32,000 nucleotides of DNA from Pasteurella multocida (GCF_900187275.1 NZ_LT906458.1:990001-1022000), one strand, 5' to 3'. Positions 19,748 through 30,480 are shown, counted from the stretch's first letter. Made by a program: numbers and translations. The notes: generated from the letters alone by a model not told the origin.

Positions 19748-20800
19748 CTAGTTTTCACTTGAGAAGTGCCGTTGTGATTTTGTTTCTTCAAGGCTAGCAA
19801 TTAAGCGATGATAATTGGCAAAACGCACCGAATGAATTTTACCTTGCTCCATCGCTTCACGTAATGCACAACCCGGATCATTCAAATGCTTACAATCGCG
19901 GAACTTACAGGTGCCTAAAAAATACTGGAATTCTCGGTAGCCACGCGTAATTTGCTCCTGATCTAAATGCCATAAACCAAACTCACGAATCCCCGGCGAA
20001 TCAATTAACTGTCCCCCTTGACGTAAATGATATAAACGTGAAGAGGTTGTGGTATGCTGACCCAAGCCTGAATTTTCGCTAATATCGCCAACTTGTGCAT
20101 TGACTTCAGGCAAAATATGATTGATCAAACTTGACTTACCCACTCCCGATTGCCCGACAAAGATGGAAGTTCCTTCATCAAAAAGTGCGGTCAGTTTTTC
20201 CATATTTTCCCCACTCAGCGCAGAAATCATCAGCGTTTGATAACCTATTTGCTGGTAAATACGTAACTGCGCTTCCACTTCAGCCCTTTCCTGATCGCTC
20301 AATAAATCCACTTTATTGACCACAATCACCGCGGGGATTTGTGCATTTTCACAAATGACTAAGTAGCGATCGATAATATTTAAAGAGAGGGTCGGCAACA
20401 CGGAGGAAACAATAATAATGCGATCAATATTAGCCGCGATCACTTTTAAACCATCATAATAATCGGGACGGGCAATTTCATTTTGCCGAGGTTTAATCGC
20501 TTCAATGACGCCACTTACACCTTGTAACTGTGCATTGCCTTTACGCCAAATCACACGATCCCCTACTACTAAACTGGATAACGTACGACGCAAATTGCAA
20601 CGAAAAATCTCGCCTGCGGCGTCTTCAACATCCGCATGAACAGAATAACGCGTCACAACAATGCCATCTTGTGACTCCCCTAACATGTCATCTTGCCAAT
20701 CAATCTCTTTTTTTTCACGACGTTGATGGCGATGTAAAGTTTTTTCGTTATTAGATTGAATGCGACGTTTTTGATTTTGCGTTAATTTACGTTTACTCAA
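19748..20800 (-). CDS. rsgA: Small-subunit ribosome biogenesis GTPase RsgA
   Basis: [34 protein letters not shown], zinc motif C-X4-C..H..C; start taken as TTG at 20800 ([13 protein letters not shown] matches RsgA N-terminus, upstream AAGGATAAG) instead of the ORF start at 20995. Confidence 0.92.
20183..20191 (+). repeat. DNA uptake signal sequence (in rsgA)
   Basis: Exact AAGTGCGGT. Confidence 0.9.
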
Positions 20801-20814
20801 TGACTTATCCTTAA

Positions 20815-20823
20815 AAGTGCGGT
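20815..20823 (+). repeat. DNA uptake signal sequence (rsgA/orn divergent gap)
   Basis: Exact AAGTGCGGT. Confidence 0.9.
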
Positions 20824-20882
20824 CGTTTTTTATCAGATTTTCCGCTAGAATAGCGACAAAACAATTTACATAGGATAGCACC

Positions 20883-21437
20883 ATGCAGTTGGATAAACAA
20901 AATCTGATTTGGATTGATTTAGAAATGACCGGCTTAGACCCTGAAAGTGAACGTATTATTGAGATTGCAACTATTGTGACCGATAAACATCTCAATATTT
21001 TGGCAGAAGGACCTGTACTTGCGATTCATCAATCAGATGAATGTTTAGCGAAAATGAACGACTGGTGTATGAAAACCCATACAGAGAACGGCTTAGTTGA
21101 ACGTGTAAAAAACAGTCGTTTAACTGAACGAGCGGCAGAATTACAAACGCTAGATTTTCTAAAAAAATGGGTACCTAAAGGTGTTTCCCCCATTTGTGGG
21201 AATAGTGTTTCGCAAGATAAACGCTTTTTATTCAAATACATGCCTGAGTTAGCCGATTATTTTCACTATCGTCACCTAGATGTCAGTACGTTAAAAGAAT
21301 TAGCGAGTCGTTGGAAACCTGATGTGTTAAAAGGCTTTACCAAGAAAAACACTCACCTTGCGTTAGATGATATACGTGAATCTATCGCTGAACTGGCTTA
21401 CTACCGCGAACATTTTATTAATTTGAAAAATGAATAA
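20883..21437 (+). CDS. orn: Oligoribonuclease
   Basis: 184 aa; [27 protein letters not shown] and [16 protein letters not shown]. Confidence 0.97.
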   Translation: MQLDKQNLIWIDLEMTGLDPESERIIEIATIVTDKHLNILAEGPVLAIHQSDECLAKMNDWCMKTHTENGLVERVKNSRLTERAAELQTLDFLKKWVPKGVSPICGNSVSQDKRFLFKYMPELADYFHYRHLDVSTLKELASRWKPDVLKGFTKKNTHLALDDIRESIAELAYYREHFINLKNE

Positions 21438-21441
21438 TCTG

Positions 21442-21483
21442 AAAAAGTGACTTTCAATCAAACGAAAAGTCACTTTTCTTTTT
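21442..21483 (+). terminator. Terminator of orn
   Basis: AAAAGTGACTTT-N11-AAAGTCACTTTT followed by CTTTTT. Confidence 0.8.
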
Positions 21484-21605
21484 AAGAGCAACATAAAAAG
21501 CCTAACTGATGCACTGTTTCATTAGCCAAAGAATACCAAAACGACCGAATAATACAGCGAACTGTCGATTATCCAAGCAATCTCAATTTTTTTCACATTT
21601 TACAC

Positions 21606-21633
21606 TTGCACCCTAGCATTTTTTTCGTATAAT
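21606..21633 (+). promoter_or_regulatory. tRNA-Gly promoter
   Basis: -35 TTGCAC (21606-21611), 16-nt spacer, -10 TATAAT (21628-21633), then GC-rich GTCCGCC discriminator. Confidence 0.75.
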
Positions 21634-21669
21634 GTCCGCCTGTCGCTGTTAAACAGTGAAAAATATTAT

Positions 21670-21745
21670 GCGGGAATAGCTCAGTTGGTAGAGCACAACC
21701 TTGCCAAGGTTGGGGTCGCGAGTTCGAGCCTCGTTTCCCGCTCCA
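21670..21745 (+). tRNA. tRNA-Gly (anticodon GCC), CCA encoded
   Basis: 76 nt cloverleaf: GCGGGAA acceptor, anticodon loop TTGCCAA, TTCGAGC T-loop, 3' TCCA. Confidence 0.96.
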
Positions 21746-21775
21746 ATATTTCAACAAATCAATACCATATTCTAC

Positions 21776-21851
21776 GCGGGAATAGCTCAGTTGGTAGAGC
21801 ACAACCTTGCCAAGGTTGGGGTCGCGAGTTCGAGCCTCGTTTCCCGCTCCA
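21776..21851 (+). tRNA. tRNA-Gly (anticodon GCC), CCA encoded, second identical copy
   Basis: Identical 76-nt sequence to the first copy, 30-nt spacer. Confidence 0.96.
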
Positions 21852-21995
21852 AATTTTCTTATCAAATCCAAAATAATCTGTTTTTCTTAACGCGCTTTTT
21901 CACCTACAAAATTTGCTTTTAGACTATGTAATCGATGAAAAGTAAGGTACAATTTTGGTTCGTTTTAACCGCCAACTTAGTGATAAAAGACATTC

Positions 21996-22493
21996 ATGAC
22001 TGACGTTTCCCGCTATTCTCAATTCATCCCAAATGAAACAGCAATGTGCCAATTTGGTCGCCATATTGTTGAGGCAATAAACAATATTCATACCAACAAC
22101 GCGATTACTGTCTATCTAAACGGCGATTTAGGCGCAGGGAAAACCACTTTAAGTCGTGGTATCATTCAGGCACTAGGTCATCGAGGGAATGTAAAAAGTC
22201 CAACTTATACATTAGTTGAGGAATACCATTTACCCACTAAAACTGTCTATCATTTCGACTTATACCGTCTAAGTGATCCCGAGGAACTTGAGTTTATGGG
22301 TATTCGAGACTATTTCAATGCAAACTGTCTATGCTTAATTGAGTGGGCTGAAAAAGGACAAGGCATACTGTCGGAAGCGGATTTACTTATCAATATCCAA
22401 TATGTTGATCATGCGAGAAATCTTGAATTAATCGCGAATTCTCCACAAGGTGAACAAATTATTGCACAACTTAGAAAAATCGAAATCACATAG
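21996..22493 (+). CDS. tsaE: tRNA t6A biosynthesis ATPase TsaE
   Basis: 165 aa; Walker [46 protein letters not shown]. Confidence 0.94.
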   Translation: MTDVSRYSQFIPNETAMCQFGRHIVEAINNIHTNNAITVYLNGDLGAGKTTLSRGIIQALGHRGNVKSPTYTLVEEYHLPTKTVYHFDLYRLSDPEELEFMGIRDYFNANCLCLIEWAEKGQGILSEADLLINIQYVDHARNLELIANSPQGEQIIAQLRKIEIT

Positions 22494-22497
22494 CACA

Positions 22498-23727
22498 ATG
22501 AAAAAATATCGTTTTATTTCACTTTTCTTTGCAACAATACTTTTTATTTCAACACCATTATTCGCAAATAATGTGTGGACCATTGCTATTGACCCTGGAC
22601 ATGGTGGCACCGATCCGGGTGCGATTAGTCGTCAATTAAAAATGTATGAAAAAAATGTGACACTCTCTATTGCGAGAGAGCTCAAGATGCTCCTTGATAA
22701 AGATCCACATTTCAAAGGGGTACTCACACGTACTGGTGATTATTTTATTTCGGTCCCGAAACGTTCTGAAATTGCCCGTAAACATAAAGCCAACCTTTTG
22801 ATTTCGATCCATGCTGACTCAAATTTATCGCCTTTATTACGTGGCGCATCCGTTTGGGTACTTTCGAATCGTCGTGCAAACAGTGAAATGGGACAATGGT
22901 TAGAGGATCACGAAAAACGTTCCGAACTGCTCGGCGGCGCCGGCACGGTTTTGGCCTCCCACAATGAAAAGTATTTAGATCAAACCGTCTTAGATCTCCA
23001 ATTTGGTCACAGTCAACGTGTTGGTTATGAACTCGGTTCTATCGTCTTAAAACGCTTTGCCAAAATTACGACCTTAAATCGAAGTACGCCACAGCATGCC
23101 AGCCTTGGCGTGTTACGCTCGCCGGATATTCCTTCTATCTTAGTTGAAACAGGCTTTCTCTCGAACGTCGATGAAGAGAAAAAACTCAGCACTTTGGCTT
23201 ATCGTAAAAAAGTGGCTTATATGATTTACGAAAGCCTAGTGGAATACCGTAAAAAATCAGTTGCGAATGAGCCAAAAAACAAATCCCCAACAACAGTCGA
23301 AAGCAATGCAACACAGACGACGCTCACAGACAGTGGACTACGTCATAAAGTCAAAGCAGGGGAAAATCTTACCGGCGTTGCACGCAAATATGGGGTGAAA
23401 GTGAATGATATCTTAGCACTCAATAAATTAAAACGACGCGAATTATGGATTGGTGAAACCTTAAAAATTCCTGCTAGCGGAAAAGCCAGTGAAAAAACCA
23501 CACCAGCTACAACCAGTAAAGTGACAGAAACAAAAACGAAAGTCGTAAGCAACACAACATCGGAATCAAAAGAGAAACTGCCGAAATACCATACTGTGAA
23601 AAAAGGGCAAACACTCTACGCGATTGCCAGAGAGTACCATATTCCACCAAATCAGCTATTAAAATTAAATCCCCATTTAAAAGATGGCAAAGTGTTAACA
23701 GGACAAAAAATTAAATTGAGAGATTGA
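22498..23727 (+). CDS. amiB: N-acetylmuramoyl-L-alanine amidase AmiB with two C-terminal LysM domains
   Basis: Signal peptide from [25 protein letters not shown] amidase_3 motif, two LysM repeats; start 22498 preferred over ORF start 22450. Confidence 0.93.
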   Translation: MKKYRFISLFFATILFISTPLFANNVWTIAIDPGHGGTDPGAISRQLKMYEKNVTLSIARELKMLLDKDPHFKGVLTRTGDYFISVPKRSEIARKHKANLLISIHADSNLSPLLRGASVWVLSNRRANSEMGQWLEDHEKRSELLGGAGTVLASHNEKYLDQTVLDLQFGHSQRVGYELGSIVLKRFAKITTLNRSTPQHASLGVLRSPDIPSILVETGFLSNVDEEKKLSTLAYRKKVAYMIYESLVEYRKKSVANEPKNKSPTTVESNATQTTLTDSGLRHKVKAGENLTGVARKYGVKVNDILALNKLKRRELWIGETLKIPASGKASEKTTPATTSKVTETKTKVVSNTTSESKEKLPKYHTVKKGQTLYAIAREYHIPPNQLLKLNPHLKDGKVLTGQKIKLRD

Positions 23728-23732
23728 TCAGC

Positions 23733-25586
23733 ATGGCAATTAAAGTTCTTTCTCCTCAGCTTGCTAACCAGATCGCCGCGGGCGAAGTCGTTGAACGCCC
23801 AGCTTCTGTGGTGAAAGAGTTGGTCGAAAATAGTTTAGATGCAGGCGCAACACGTATTCAAATCGATATTGAAAACGGGGGCAATACTTTAATGCGGATC
23901 CGTGATAATGGTATTGGTATTGCAAAAGACGAGCTAAGTCTGGCACTAGCACGTCATGCTACAAGCAAAATTGCCAGTCTAGATGACCTTGATAATATTT
24001 TAAGCCTTGGCTTTCGTGGTGAAGCACTCGCCAGTATCAGCTCTGTTTCACGTTTAACACTCACCTCACGTCCAGCAACACAAAATGAAGCATGGCAAGT
24101 TTATGCTCAGGGGCGAGAGATGGAAACGACTTTACAACCGGCTTCTCATCCCGTTGGTACGACAGTTGAAGTAGCAAATTTATTTTTTAACACGCCAGCA
24201 CGCCGTAAATTTCTGCGCACAGATAAAACGGAATTTGCCCATATTGATGAAGTGATTCGCCGTATCGCCTTAGCCAAAATGGCAATTGCGTTTACCTTAA
24301 CTCATAATGGAAAAATCGTACGCCAGTATCGCAGTGCTCATGATCGCACGCAAAAGTTAAAACGGGTCTCGGCAATTTGTGGGGATGAATTTGTCCAGAA
24401 TGCGCTCGAAATTGATTGGAAACACGATGATCTACATTTATCTGGTTGGGTTGCTCAGCCAACTTTTTCACGTACACAAAATGATCTAAGTTATTGCTAT
24501 ATTAATGGCAGAATGGTACGAGATAAGATCATTACTCATGCGATTCGCCAAGCCTATGCAGATTTTTTAAGCCCAGAACAATATCCTGCTTTTGTCTTGT
24601 TTATTGATTTAAATCCTAACGATGTGGATGTGAATGTCCATCCAACCAAACATGAAGTGCGTTTCCACCAGCAACGTTTAGTGCATGATTTTATTTGTCA
24701 AGGAATCAGTAACGCCCTTCATTCTGAACAAGCGAGCTTATATCAAACGAACGAGGCATGTGTCTCCGCAAACTATCAGGTAGAGGAAAGCGCGCAGCAT
24801 GAATATCGCCCAAGTTATAGCAAGCCGAATCGTGCAGCGGCGGGACAAAATATCTTTGACTCCTCCACCACTACGCTATCAACCGCTTTATTTCAAACGA
24901 ATAAAAAAAATACGCAAAATAGACCGCACTTTTCGACTAATATCCCTGCTACGCGGATAAGTAAAACAGAACAGGCAGCTTACAGCGCCCTATTATCCAA
25001 CATTGAAATGGCGACGGTCTTACCTCAAGAGGATGGCGTGTTACTCGAGAGAACCCCCCCCTCTATTCTAAAAGCTCTCGCCTTAGTTGAAAACAAAGCC
25101 TTGTTGCTACAACAGCAACAACAATTTTATTTATTATCTTTACAGCAATTACAGCGCTTAAAAATCGAACTGAGTTTACAACGTGACCCCGTATTGCAAC
25201 AGCCATTACTCATTCCGATTGTATTTCGATTAAATCCACAACAGCTGACTTACTGGCAACAACAAAAAGCTTTCTTTACTCAAATTGGGTTTGAATTTCA
25301 TGAAAACCTCGGACAGCAACGTATTACGCTAAACCGTGTACCAAGCTGTTTGCGTCAACAAAACTTACAGAAATGTATCATCGTGTTACTCTCGCAGCCT
25401 CTTGATACCTTTTCTCATTTCTTAACAACGCTTTGTGACGTGATCGAATTGGAACAAATAACGGTCTATGCCGATGCCGTTACCTTACTCACTGAAACAG
25501 AGCAATTGCTTAATCAGAAACAAGCTATCCGATTATCCGAATTATTCATCGAGCTTAATTGGCAAGCTTACTTGGAAAAAATGTAA
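23733..25586 (+). CDS. mutL: DNA mismatch repair protein MutL
   Basis: [33 protein letters not shown] ATPase motif; start MAIKVL at 23733. Confidence 0.97.
   Translation: MAIKVLSPQLANQIAAGEVVERPASVVKELVENSLDAGATRIQIDIENGGNTLMRIRDNGIGIAKDELSLALARHATSKIASLDDLDNILSLGFRGEALASISSVSRLTLTSRPATQNEAWQVYAQGREMETTLQPASHPVGTTVEVANLFFNTPARRKFLRTDKTEFAHIDEVIRRIALAKMAIAFTLTHNGKIVRQYRSAHDRTQKLKRVSAICGDEFVQNALEIDWKHDDLHLSGWVAQPTFSRTQNDLSYCYINGRMVRDKIITHAIRQAYADFLSPEQYPAFVLFIDLNPNDVDVNVHPTKHEVRFHQQRLVHDFICQGISNALHSEQASLYQTNEACVSANYQVEESAQHEYRPSYSKPNRAAAGQNIFDSSTTTLSTALFQTNKKNTQNRPHFSTNIPATRISKTEQAAYSALLSNIEMATVLPQEDGVLLERTPPSILKALALVENKALLLQQQQQFYLLSLQQLQRLKIELSLQRDPVLQQPLLIPIVFRLNPQQLTYWQQQKAFFTQIGFEFHENLGQQRITLNRVPSCLRQQNLQKCIIVLLSQPLDTFSHFLTTLCDVIELEQITVYADAVTLLTETEQLLNQKQAIRLSELFIELNWQAYLEKM
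24923..24931 (-). repeat. DNA uptake signal sequence (in mutL linker)
   Basis: Exact ACCGCACTT on + strand. Confidence 0.9.
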
Positions 25587-25590
25587 TCAC

Positions 25591-26541
25591 ATGCCTTTAA
25601 CAACACCTACTGCCATTTTCTTAATGGGTCCCACTGCCTCTGGCAAAACAGACTTAGCAATTCAGTTACGTCAGACGCTACCCGTTGAAGTTATCAGTGT
25701 CGATTCCGCTTTAATCTATCGTGGTATGGATATTGGAACTGCCAAACCGAGCGCAGAAGAACTCACTTTAGCGCCTCATCGTTTAATTGATATTTGTGAT
25801 CCTGCTGAAAGTTACTCTGCGGCTAATTTTCGTCAAGATGCACTACGGGAAATGGCCGATATCATTGCAGCTGGCAAAATTCCGCTTTTAGTCGGCGGAA
25901 CGATGTTGTATTACAAAGCCTTGTTAGAAGGGCTTTCTCCGTTGCCTTCAGCAGATGAAAAAGTGCGGTCAGAAATTGAACAAAAAGCGCAGCTGCAAGG
26001 CTGGGCAGCCCTACACCAAGAACTGGCTAAGATCGATCCTCTCGCGGCACAGCGCATTAATCCAAATGATTCGCAGCGTATTAATCGTGCGTTAGAGGTT
26101 TTCTATTTAACAGGGAAATCCCTGAGCGAACTGAGCCAGCAAAAAGGGGACAGCCTCCCCTACCAAATCCTGCAATTTGCTATTGCACCAAAAGATCGCA
26201 GTATCTTACATGATCGCATTGCGTTACGTTTCCAAAAAATGATCGAACAGGGTTTCCAACAAGAAGTTGAAAAGCTCTATCAACGTGAGGATTTACATTT
26301 GGATCTTCCTTCTATGCGCTGTGTAGGCTATCGACAAATGTGGGAATATTTGCGTGGTGATTACGATCACGACGAGATGATTTTCCGTGGTATTTGTGCC
26401 ACGCGCCAGTTGGCAAAACGTCAAATTACTTGGTTACGAGGTTGGAAATATCCAATTGAATGGCTTGATAGTTTAGCAATCGAAAGTGCTAAACAAACGA
26501 TTATTCATGCGGTAACGAAGATAAGTCATTCAAACAGTTAA
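25591..26541 (+). CDS. miaA: tRNA dimethylallyltransferase
   Basis: [17 protein letters not shown]...[22 protein letters not shown]; start [10 protein letters not shown] at 25591, not ORF start 25468. Confidence 0.96.
   Translation: MPLTTPTAIFLMGPTASGKTDLAIQLRQTLPVEVISVDSALIYRGMDIGTAKPSAEELTLAPHRLIDICDPAESYSAANFRQDALREMADIIAAGKIPLLVGGTMLYYKALLEGLSPLPSADEKVRSEIEQKAQLQGWAALHQELAKIDPLAAQRINPNDSQRINRALEVFYLTGKSLSELSQQKGDSLPYQILQFAIAPKDRSILHDRIALRFQKMIEQGFQQEVEKLYQREDLHLDLPSMRCVGYRQMWEYLRGDYDHDEMIFRGICATRQLAKRQITWLRGWKYPIEWLDSLAIESAKQTIIHAVTKISHSNS
25961..25969 (+). repeat. DNA uptake signal sequence (in miaA)
   Basis: Exact AAGTGCGGT. Confidence 0.9.
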
Positions 26542-26561
26542 AAAATAATTACGGTTCAGTG

Positions 26562-26590
26562 ATGACAATAAATTAATTTATTGTTATATT
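26562..26590 (+). promoter_or_regulatory. Candidate hfq promoter with embedded perfect palindrome
   Basis: -35-like ATGACA (26562-26567), 17-nt spacer, -10 TATATT (26585-26590); ACAATAAATT/AATTTATTGT palindrome at 26565-26584. Confidence 0.5.
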
Positions 26591-26592
26591 GA

Positions 26593-26961
<369 letters not shown>

Positions 26962-26968
26962 TTTCAAG

Positions 26969-28315
26969 TTGAACACATTTATTGCAAGTGCGGTAGATCT
27001 TCAGAATGAATCGACCGCACTTTCTTCATTACCTTCACCACATTCTGAATCCCTTTTTGATCGTGCGATCATTGTTCATTGTTTCTTAGCGCAAGATCGC
27101 AATGACGATGACTTGTTAGAATTCAAATTATTAGCCAAATCCGCCAACGTTGACATTCTCTCTGTTATCACCAGTACTCGTCATACACCCCAAGCTAAAT
27201 ATTTCGTTGGGCAAGGCAAAGCGGAAGAAATCGCAGAAGCGGTGCAAAATACGCAAGCCGATGTCGTCTTAGTCAACCATGCACTCACCCCTGCACAAAC
27301 ACGTAATTTAGAAAGCCTTTGTCAATGTCGCGTTGTAGATCGCACTGGAGTAATTCTCGATATTTTTGCCCAAAGAGCACGCTCACATGAAGGTAAATTA
27401 CAAGTTGAATTGGCGCAACTAAAACACTTATCAACTCGTCTTGTTCGCCGAAAAACAGGGCTTGATCAACAAAAAGGAGCGGTAGGACTACGCGGACCGG
27501 GTGAAACACAGTTAGAAACTGATCGTCGTTTAATTAAAGTGCGCATTTCTCAGCTTCAAAGCCGTTTGGCAAAAGTGGAAAAGCAACGCCATCAGAATCG
27601 CCAAACAAGACAAAAAGCAGATATTCCGACGATTTCCTTAGTTGGTTATACTAATGCGGGAAAATCCACCTTGTTTAATTTAATCACCCAAGCCAATGTG
27701 TACGCAGCCGATCAACTGTTTGCGACACTCGACCCCACCTTACGCCGTCTGCAAATTCAAGATGTCGGGACCACGATTTTAGCGGATACAGTAGGCTTTA
27801 TTCGCCATTTACCTCATGATTTAGTTTCTGCTTTCAAATCAACATTACAAGAAACTACGGAAGCTGCCCTTTTATTACATGTTATTGATTGTGCAGATCC
27901 GCGTAAATTAGAGAATATTCACGCAGTTGAAACTGTGTTAAAAGAAATTAATGCAGGTGATATTCCAACCTTATTGGTATATAACAAGATCGATCAAGTA
28001 GCTCATATCGAACCACATATTGAATATGATCAAGAACAGCGCCCTATCGCAGTTTACATGTCCGCACAAACAGGCATCGGACTGCCTTTATTATTAGATG
28101 CCATCAGTCTATGTTTAAAAAATGAAATTTTGGATTTAGCGCTTACCTTGCCAGTGCATACGGGTAAAATACGCCATGCCTTATACCAACAGGACTGTAT
28201 TCAGCATGAACAGATTAACGAACAAGGTGAATTCTTATTAGCGATTCGTATTGATAAAGTCGCATGGCTAAAATTATTGAAACAATTTCCAGAACTCGAG
28301 ACTTTTATATGTTAA
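26969..28315 (+). CDS. hflX: GTPase HflX
   Basis: 448 aa; [26 protein letters not shown]; TTG start. Confidence 0.94.
   Translation: MNTFIASAVDLQNESTALSSLPSPHSESLFDRAIIVHCFLAQDRNDDDLLEFKLLAKSANVDILSVITSTRHTPQAKYFVGQGKAEEIAEAVQNTQADVVLVNHALTPAQTRNLESLCQCRVVDRTGVILDIFAQRARSHEGKLQVELAQLKHLSTRLVRRKTGLDQQKGAVGLRGPGETQLETDRRLIKVRISQLQSRLAKVEKQRHQNRQTRQKADIPTISLVGYTNAGKSTLFNLITQANVYAADQLFATLDPTLRRLQIQDVGTTILADTVGFIRHLPHDLVSAFKSTLQETTEAALLLHVIDCADPRKLENIHAVETVLKEINAGDIPTLLVYNKIDQVAHIEPHIEYDQEQRPIAVYMSAQTGIGLPLLLDAISLCLKNEILDLALTLPVHTGKIRHALYQQDCIQHEQINEQGEFLLAIRIDKVAWLKLLKQFPELETFIC
26986..26994 (+). repeat. DNA uptake signal sequence (left arm of inverted pair)
   Basis: Exact AAGTGCGGT. Confidence 0.9.
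27014..27022 (-). repeat. DNA uptake signal sequence (right arm of inverted pair)
   Basis: Exact ACCGCACTT on + strand. Confidence 0.9.
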
Positions 28316-28330
28316 AAGTGGCTAAAAACA

Positions 28331-28360
28331 AAAAAGGACAAATTCACTTTTGTCCTTTTT
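28331..28360. terminator. Bidirectional terminator between convergent hflX and tyrR
   Basis: AAAAAGGACAAA-N6-TTTGTCCTTTTT. Confidence 0.85.
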
Positions 28361-28363
28361 TGT

Positions 28364-29317
28364 TTACTTATTAATACCGTATTGCCGCAACTTATTCGCG
28401 ATTGCGGTATGAGAAACACCCAAACGCGCCGCTAATTTCCGTGTACTGGGATATTGCTCATAAAATTTTCGCAAGACGGTTGCCTCAAATTTACTCATAA
28501 TTTCTTCTAAAGTTTGGTGACTAAACTGCTCTAACGTTACAGGCATCACGTCCTGCTCAATTAAGTTGAGTCCCGCGATACTTAATTGCCCATCCTCCAC
28601 TAACGAGCAGGCACGATATAATGCATTATATAATTCACGCACATTACCTGCCCACGGATAATCTTGTAAATATTGAACAAAATGTGCATCAAAGTGCGGT
28701 ACTGGCATGGCTAATTCTTGACTAATTTGTTGTACAAACAGTTGCACTAAATCCGGTAAATCTTCTTGACGCTCACGTAGTGGTGGCACATTAAGCGTGA
28801 GTACATTTAAACGGTGAAATAAGTCACTTCGCATTTTTCCTTTATCCACATAATATTGCAAAGGAACTTGAGAAGTACAGATCACCCGAACATTGGCGTA
28901 ATGTTCTTTTTCTTCTCCAACGCGGCGGAAGGTACCGTCGTTTAAAAAACGCAATAATTTGGCTTGTAACTCGAGGGACAATTCAGCCACACTATCTAAT
29001 AATACGGTTCCCCCTTCTGCGTACTCAAAAAAGCCTACATATTCTTTGTCTTGCTCACGGCGACCAAACATTTCACTTTCCGCATCTTGCGCAGGTAAAC
29101 CAGCACAATTGACCGCAATAAATTTCTTATGATGACGAGGGCTCGCAAGATGGCATAGTTTAGCAATCAGATCTTTGCCTGTCCCCGTTTCACCTTGAAT
29201 TAATAAGGGTGCGTCACTCATCGCAAATTTCATTGCTTGAGCAACAAGATTCTGCATTTTAGCACTCCGTGCAACAAGCCCAGCAAAAGGCGCCTCCACA
29301 CTTTCATTCAAGGACAT
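28364..29317 (-). CDS. tyrR: Transcriptional regulator TyrR, short form (AAA+ domain plus HTH only)
   Basis: 317 aa; MLDAPLLI-like SDAPLLIQGETGTGKDLIA, AKLLRFLNDGTFRRVGEE, C-terminal YPSTRKLAARLGVSHTAIANKLRQYG; no GAFTGA; next to ycjF/ycjX as in E. coli. Confidence 0.88.
   Translation of the reverse strand: MSLNESVEAPFAGLVARSAKMQNLVAQAMKFAMSDAPLLIQGETGTGKDLIAKLCHLASPRHHKKFIAVNCAGLPAQDAESEMFGRREQDKEYVGFFEYAEGGTVLLDSVAELSLELQAKLLRFLNDGTFRRVGEEKEHYANVRVICTSQVPLQYYVDKGKMRSDLFHRLNVLTLNVPPLRERQEDLPDLVQLFVQQISQELAMPVPHFDAHFVQYLQDYPWAGNVRELYNALYRACSLVEDGQLSIAGLNLIEQDVMPVTLEQFSHQTLEEIMSKFEATVLRKFYEQYPSTRKLAARLGVSHTAIANKLRQYGINK
28692..28700 (+). repeat. DNA uptake signal sequence (in tyrR)
   Basis: Exact AAGTGCGGT. 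Confidence 0.9.
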
Positions 29318-29383
29318 AACATTTCCTCACTCGTAAAAAATGCCTCTATGATAGCACTAAAACTGTAAAGATTAAAGAAACAC

Positions 29384-29401
29384 TGGAAAGATAAATTTAC
29401 A
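29384..29401 (-). promoter_or_regulatory. Candidate TyrR box upstream of tyrR
   Basis: TGGAAA-N6-TTTACA, 11/12 match to TGTAAA-N6-TTTACA. Confidence 0.6.
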
Positions 29402-29403
29402 TT

Positions 29404-30480
29404 TTAAACTTGCTGTTTGACTTTCGTTTTATTGGAACGAAAAAACGTACTTTTTAATTGGCCCAAGAGTTCCTGCTGTATATGATTTAAACGCGGTTTC
29501 TCACCAGCTTGAAAAGCTAAAGGGCGGCAAAATTCCATAGCTTTAATCCCTAAACGTGCTGTTAATAAGCCAACACCGATGCCTTGGGCTGCACGCGCCG
29601 ACAGTTTTGCGGTCAAATCCTGTGACAACCAGTCTAAACCAATATCTTGCACAACTTCTGTCGCACCTGCAAAAGCAAGATTAAGGAGTACCATTTTTAA
29701 TAAACGTAAGCGGCTCCAATAACCTAGCTCAATCCCATAAATTTGGGCAATTTGATTGACCAAACGAATGTTACGCCAAGACAGAAAAAACATATCGATC
29801 ACCGCTAATGGGCTGACTGCTACGATAACTGCCGCCTCTAGCGCACTTTTGCTGATCAATTTTTTAATTTGTACATCAAAGGGATGTAGCACGGTCTGAC
29901 TAAATAAATGCGCCACTTCTTGCGCTGAATATGCGTCATGCAATTGGTTTTGCCATTGTATTAAACCTGGATCTTCTGAAGAGAGCTTAAGCATCTGCGC
30001 CATCTCTGTACACAATGCTTTAATCTGCTGATGTTTTTCAGCACAAAAATCTTGCCCTAAATTGACCGCACTTTCTCGCAATATTTGTTGGCTTTTTTGC
30101 TGTAATGAAAGTCTTTTTTTCAACTTGACGAGGCGTAGCCACTCTTTACCCAGTGATGAGAGCCCTAATAGCAGCACCAAGCATGTCACTAATGAAAACA
30201 CAAAGTAAATCCATTGGTTTTGCTGCCAAGTGTCCACTAACCATTGAATTGATTGAGCAATCACTGCAAAACAAAATAAAAGTGCGGTCAGTGCCAAACC
30301 TGTTTTCCACCAGCGAGATCGCGGTTGCACAATATGCTCAAAAGTCTGTTCAACAAACCTATCCTCTATCACAGTCTCGTCTTTTTCAATATGCATCTCA
30401 CCATGAAATTCGCGTTTAGGGGTAAAATCCACAGCCTCATTTTCCGTCTGTGCTTCAGTAAAAAGACGTTTTTCATTCAT
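29404..30480 (-). CDS. ycjF: YcjF-like inner membrane protein (UPF0283)
   Basis: 358 aa; hydrophobic segments, FFLSWRNIRLVNQIAQIYGIELGYWSRLRLLK; located between ycjX and tyrR. Confidence 0.85.
   Translation of the reverse strand: MNEKRLFTEAQTENEAVDFTPKREFHGEMHIEKDETVIEDRFVEQTFEHIVQPRSRWWKTGLALTALLFCFAVIAQSIQWLVDTWQQNQWIYFVFSLVTCLVLLLGLSSLGKEWLRLVKLKKRLSLQQKSQQILRESAVNLGQDFCAEKHQQIKALCTEMAQMLKLSSEDPGLIQWQNQLHDAYSAQEVAHLFSQTVLHPFDVQIKKLISKSALEAAVIVAVSPLAVIDMFFLSWRNIRLVNQIAQIYGIELGYWSRLRLLKMVLLNLAFAGATEVVQDIGLDWLSQDLTAKLSARAAQGIGVGLLTARLGIKAMEFCRPLAFQAGEKPRLNHIQQELLGQLKSTFFRSNKTKVKQQV
30065..30073 (-). repeat. DNA uptake signal sequence (in ycjF)
   Basis: Exact ACCGCACTT on + strand. Confidence 0.9.
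30280..30288 (+). repeat. DNA uptake signal sequence (in ycjF)
   Basis: Exact AAGTGCGGT. Confidence 0.9.

Noticed and set aside
20801-20995. 65-residue N-terminal extension of rsgA in the ORF track
   Set aside because: Overlaps orn on the opposite strand and has no RsgA similarity; the conserved N-terminus begins at the TTG at 20800.
21593-21922. ORFs over the tRNA-Gly pair on both strands (e.g. 21593-21871 minus, 21685-21876 and 21701-21922 plus)
   Set aside because: They are translations of two tRNA genes; the [17 protein letters not shown] strings are well-known tRNA mistranslation artefacts.
25468-25590. 41-residue extension of miaA overlapping mutL
   Set aside because: Out-of-frame reading of mutL; MiaA begins at [20 protein letters not shown] at 25591.
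29364-29381. Second full TyrR box (TGTAAAGATTAAAGAAAC)
   Set aside because: Only the left half-site matches; the right half matches 1 of 6 positions, so it is mentioned only as a half-site.
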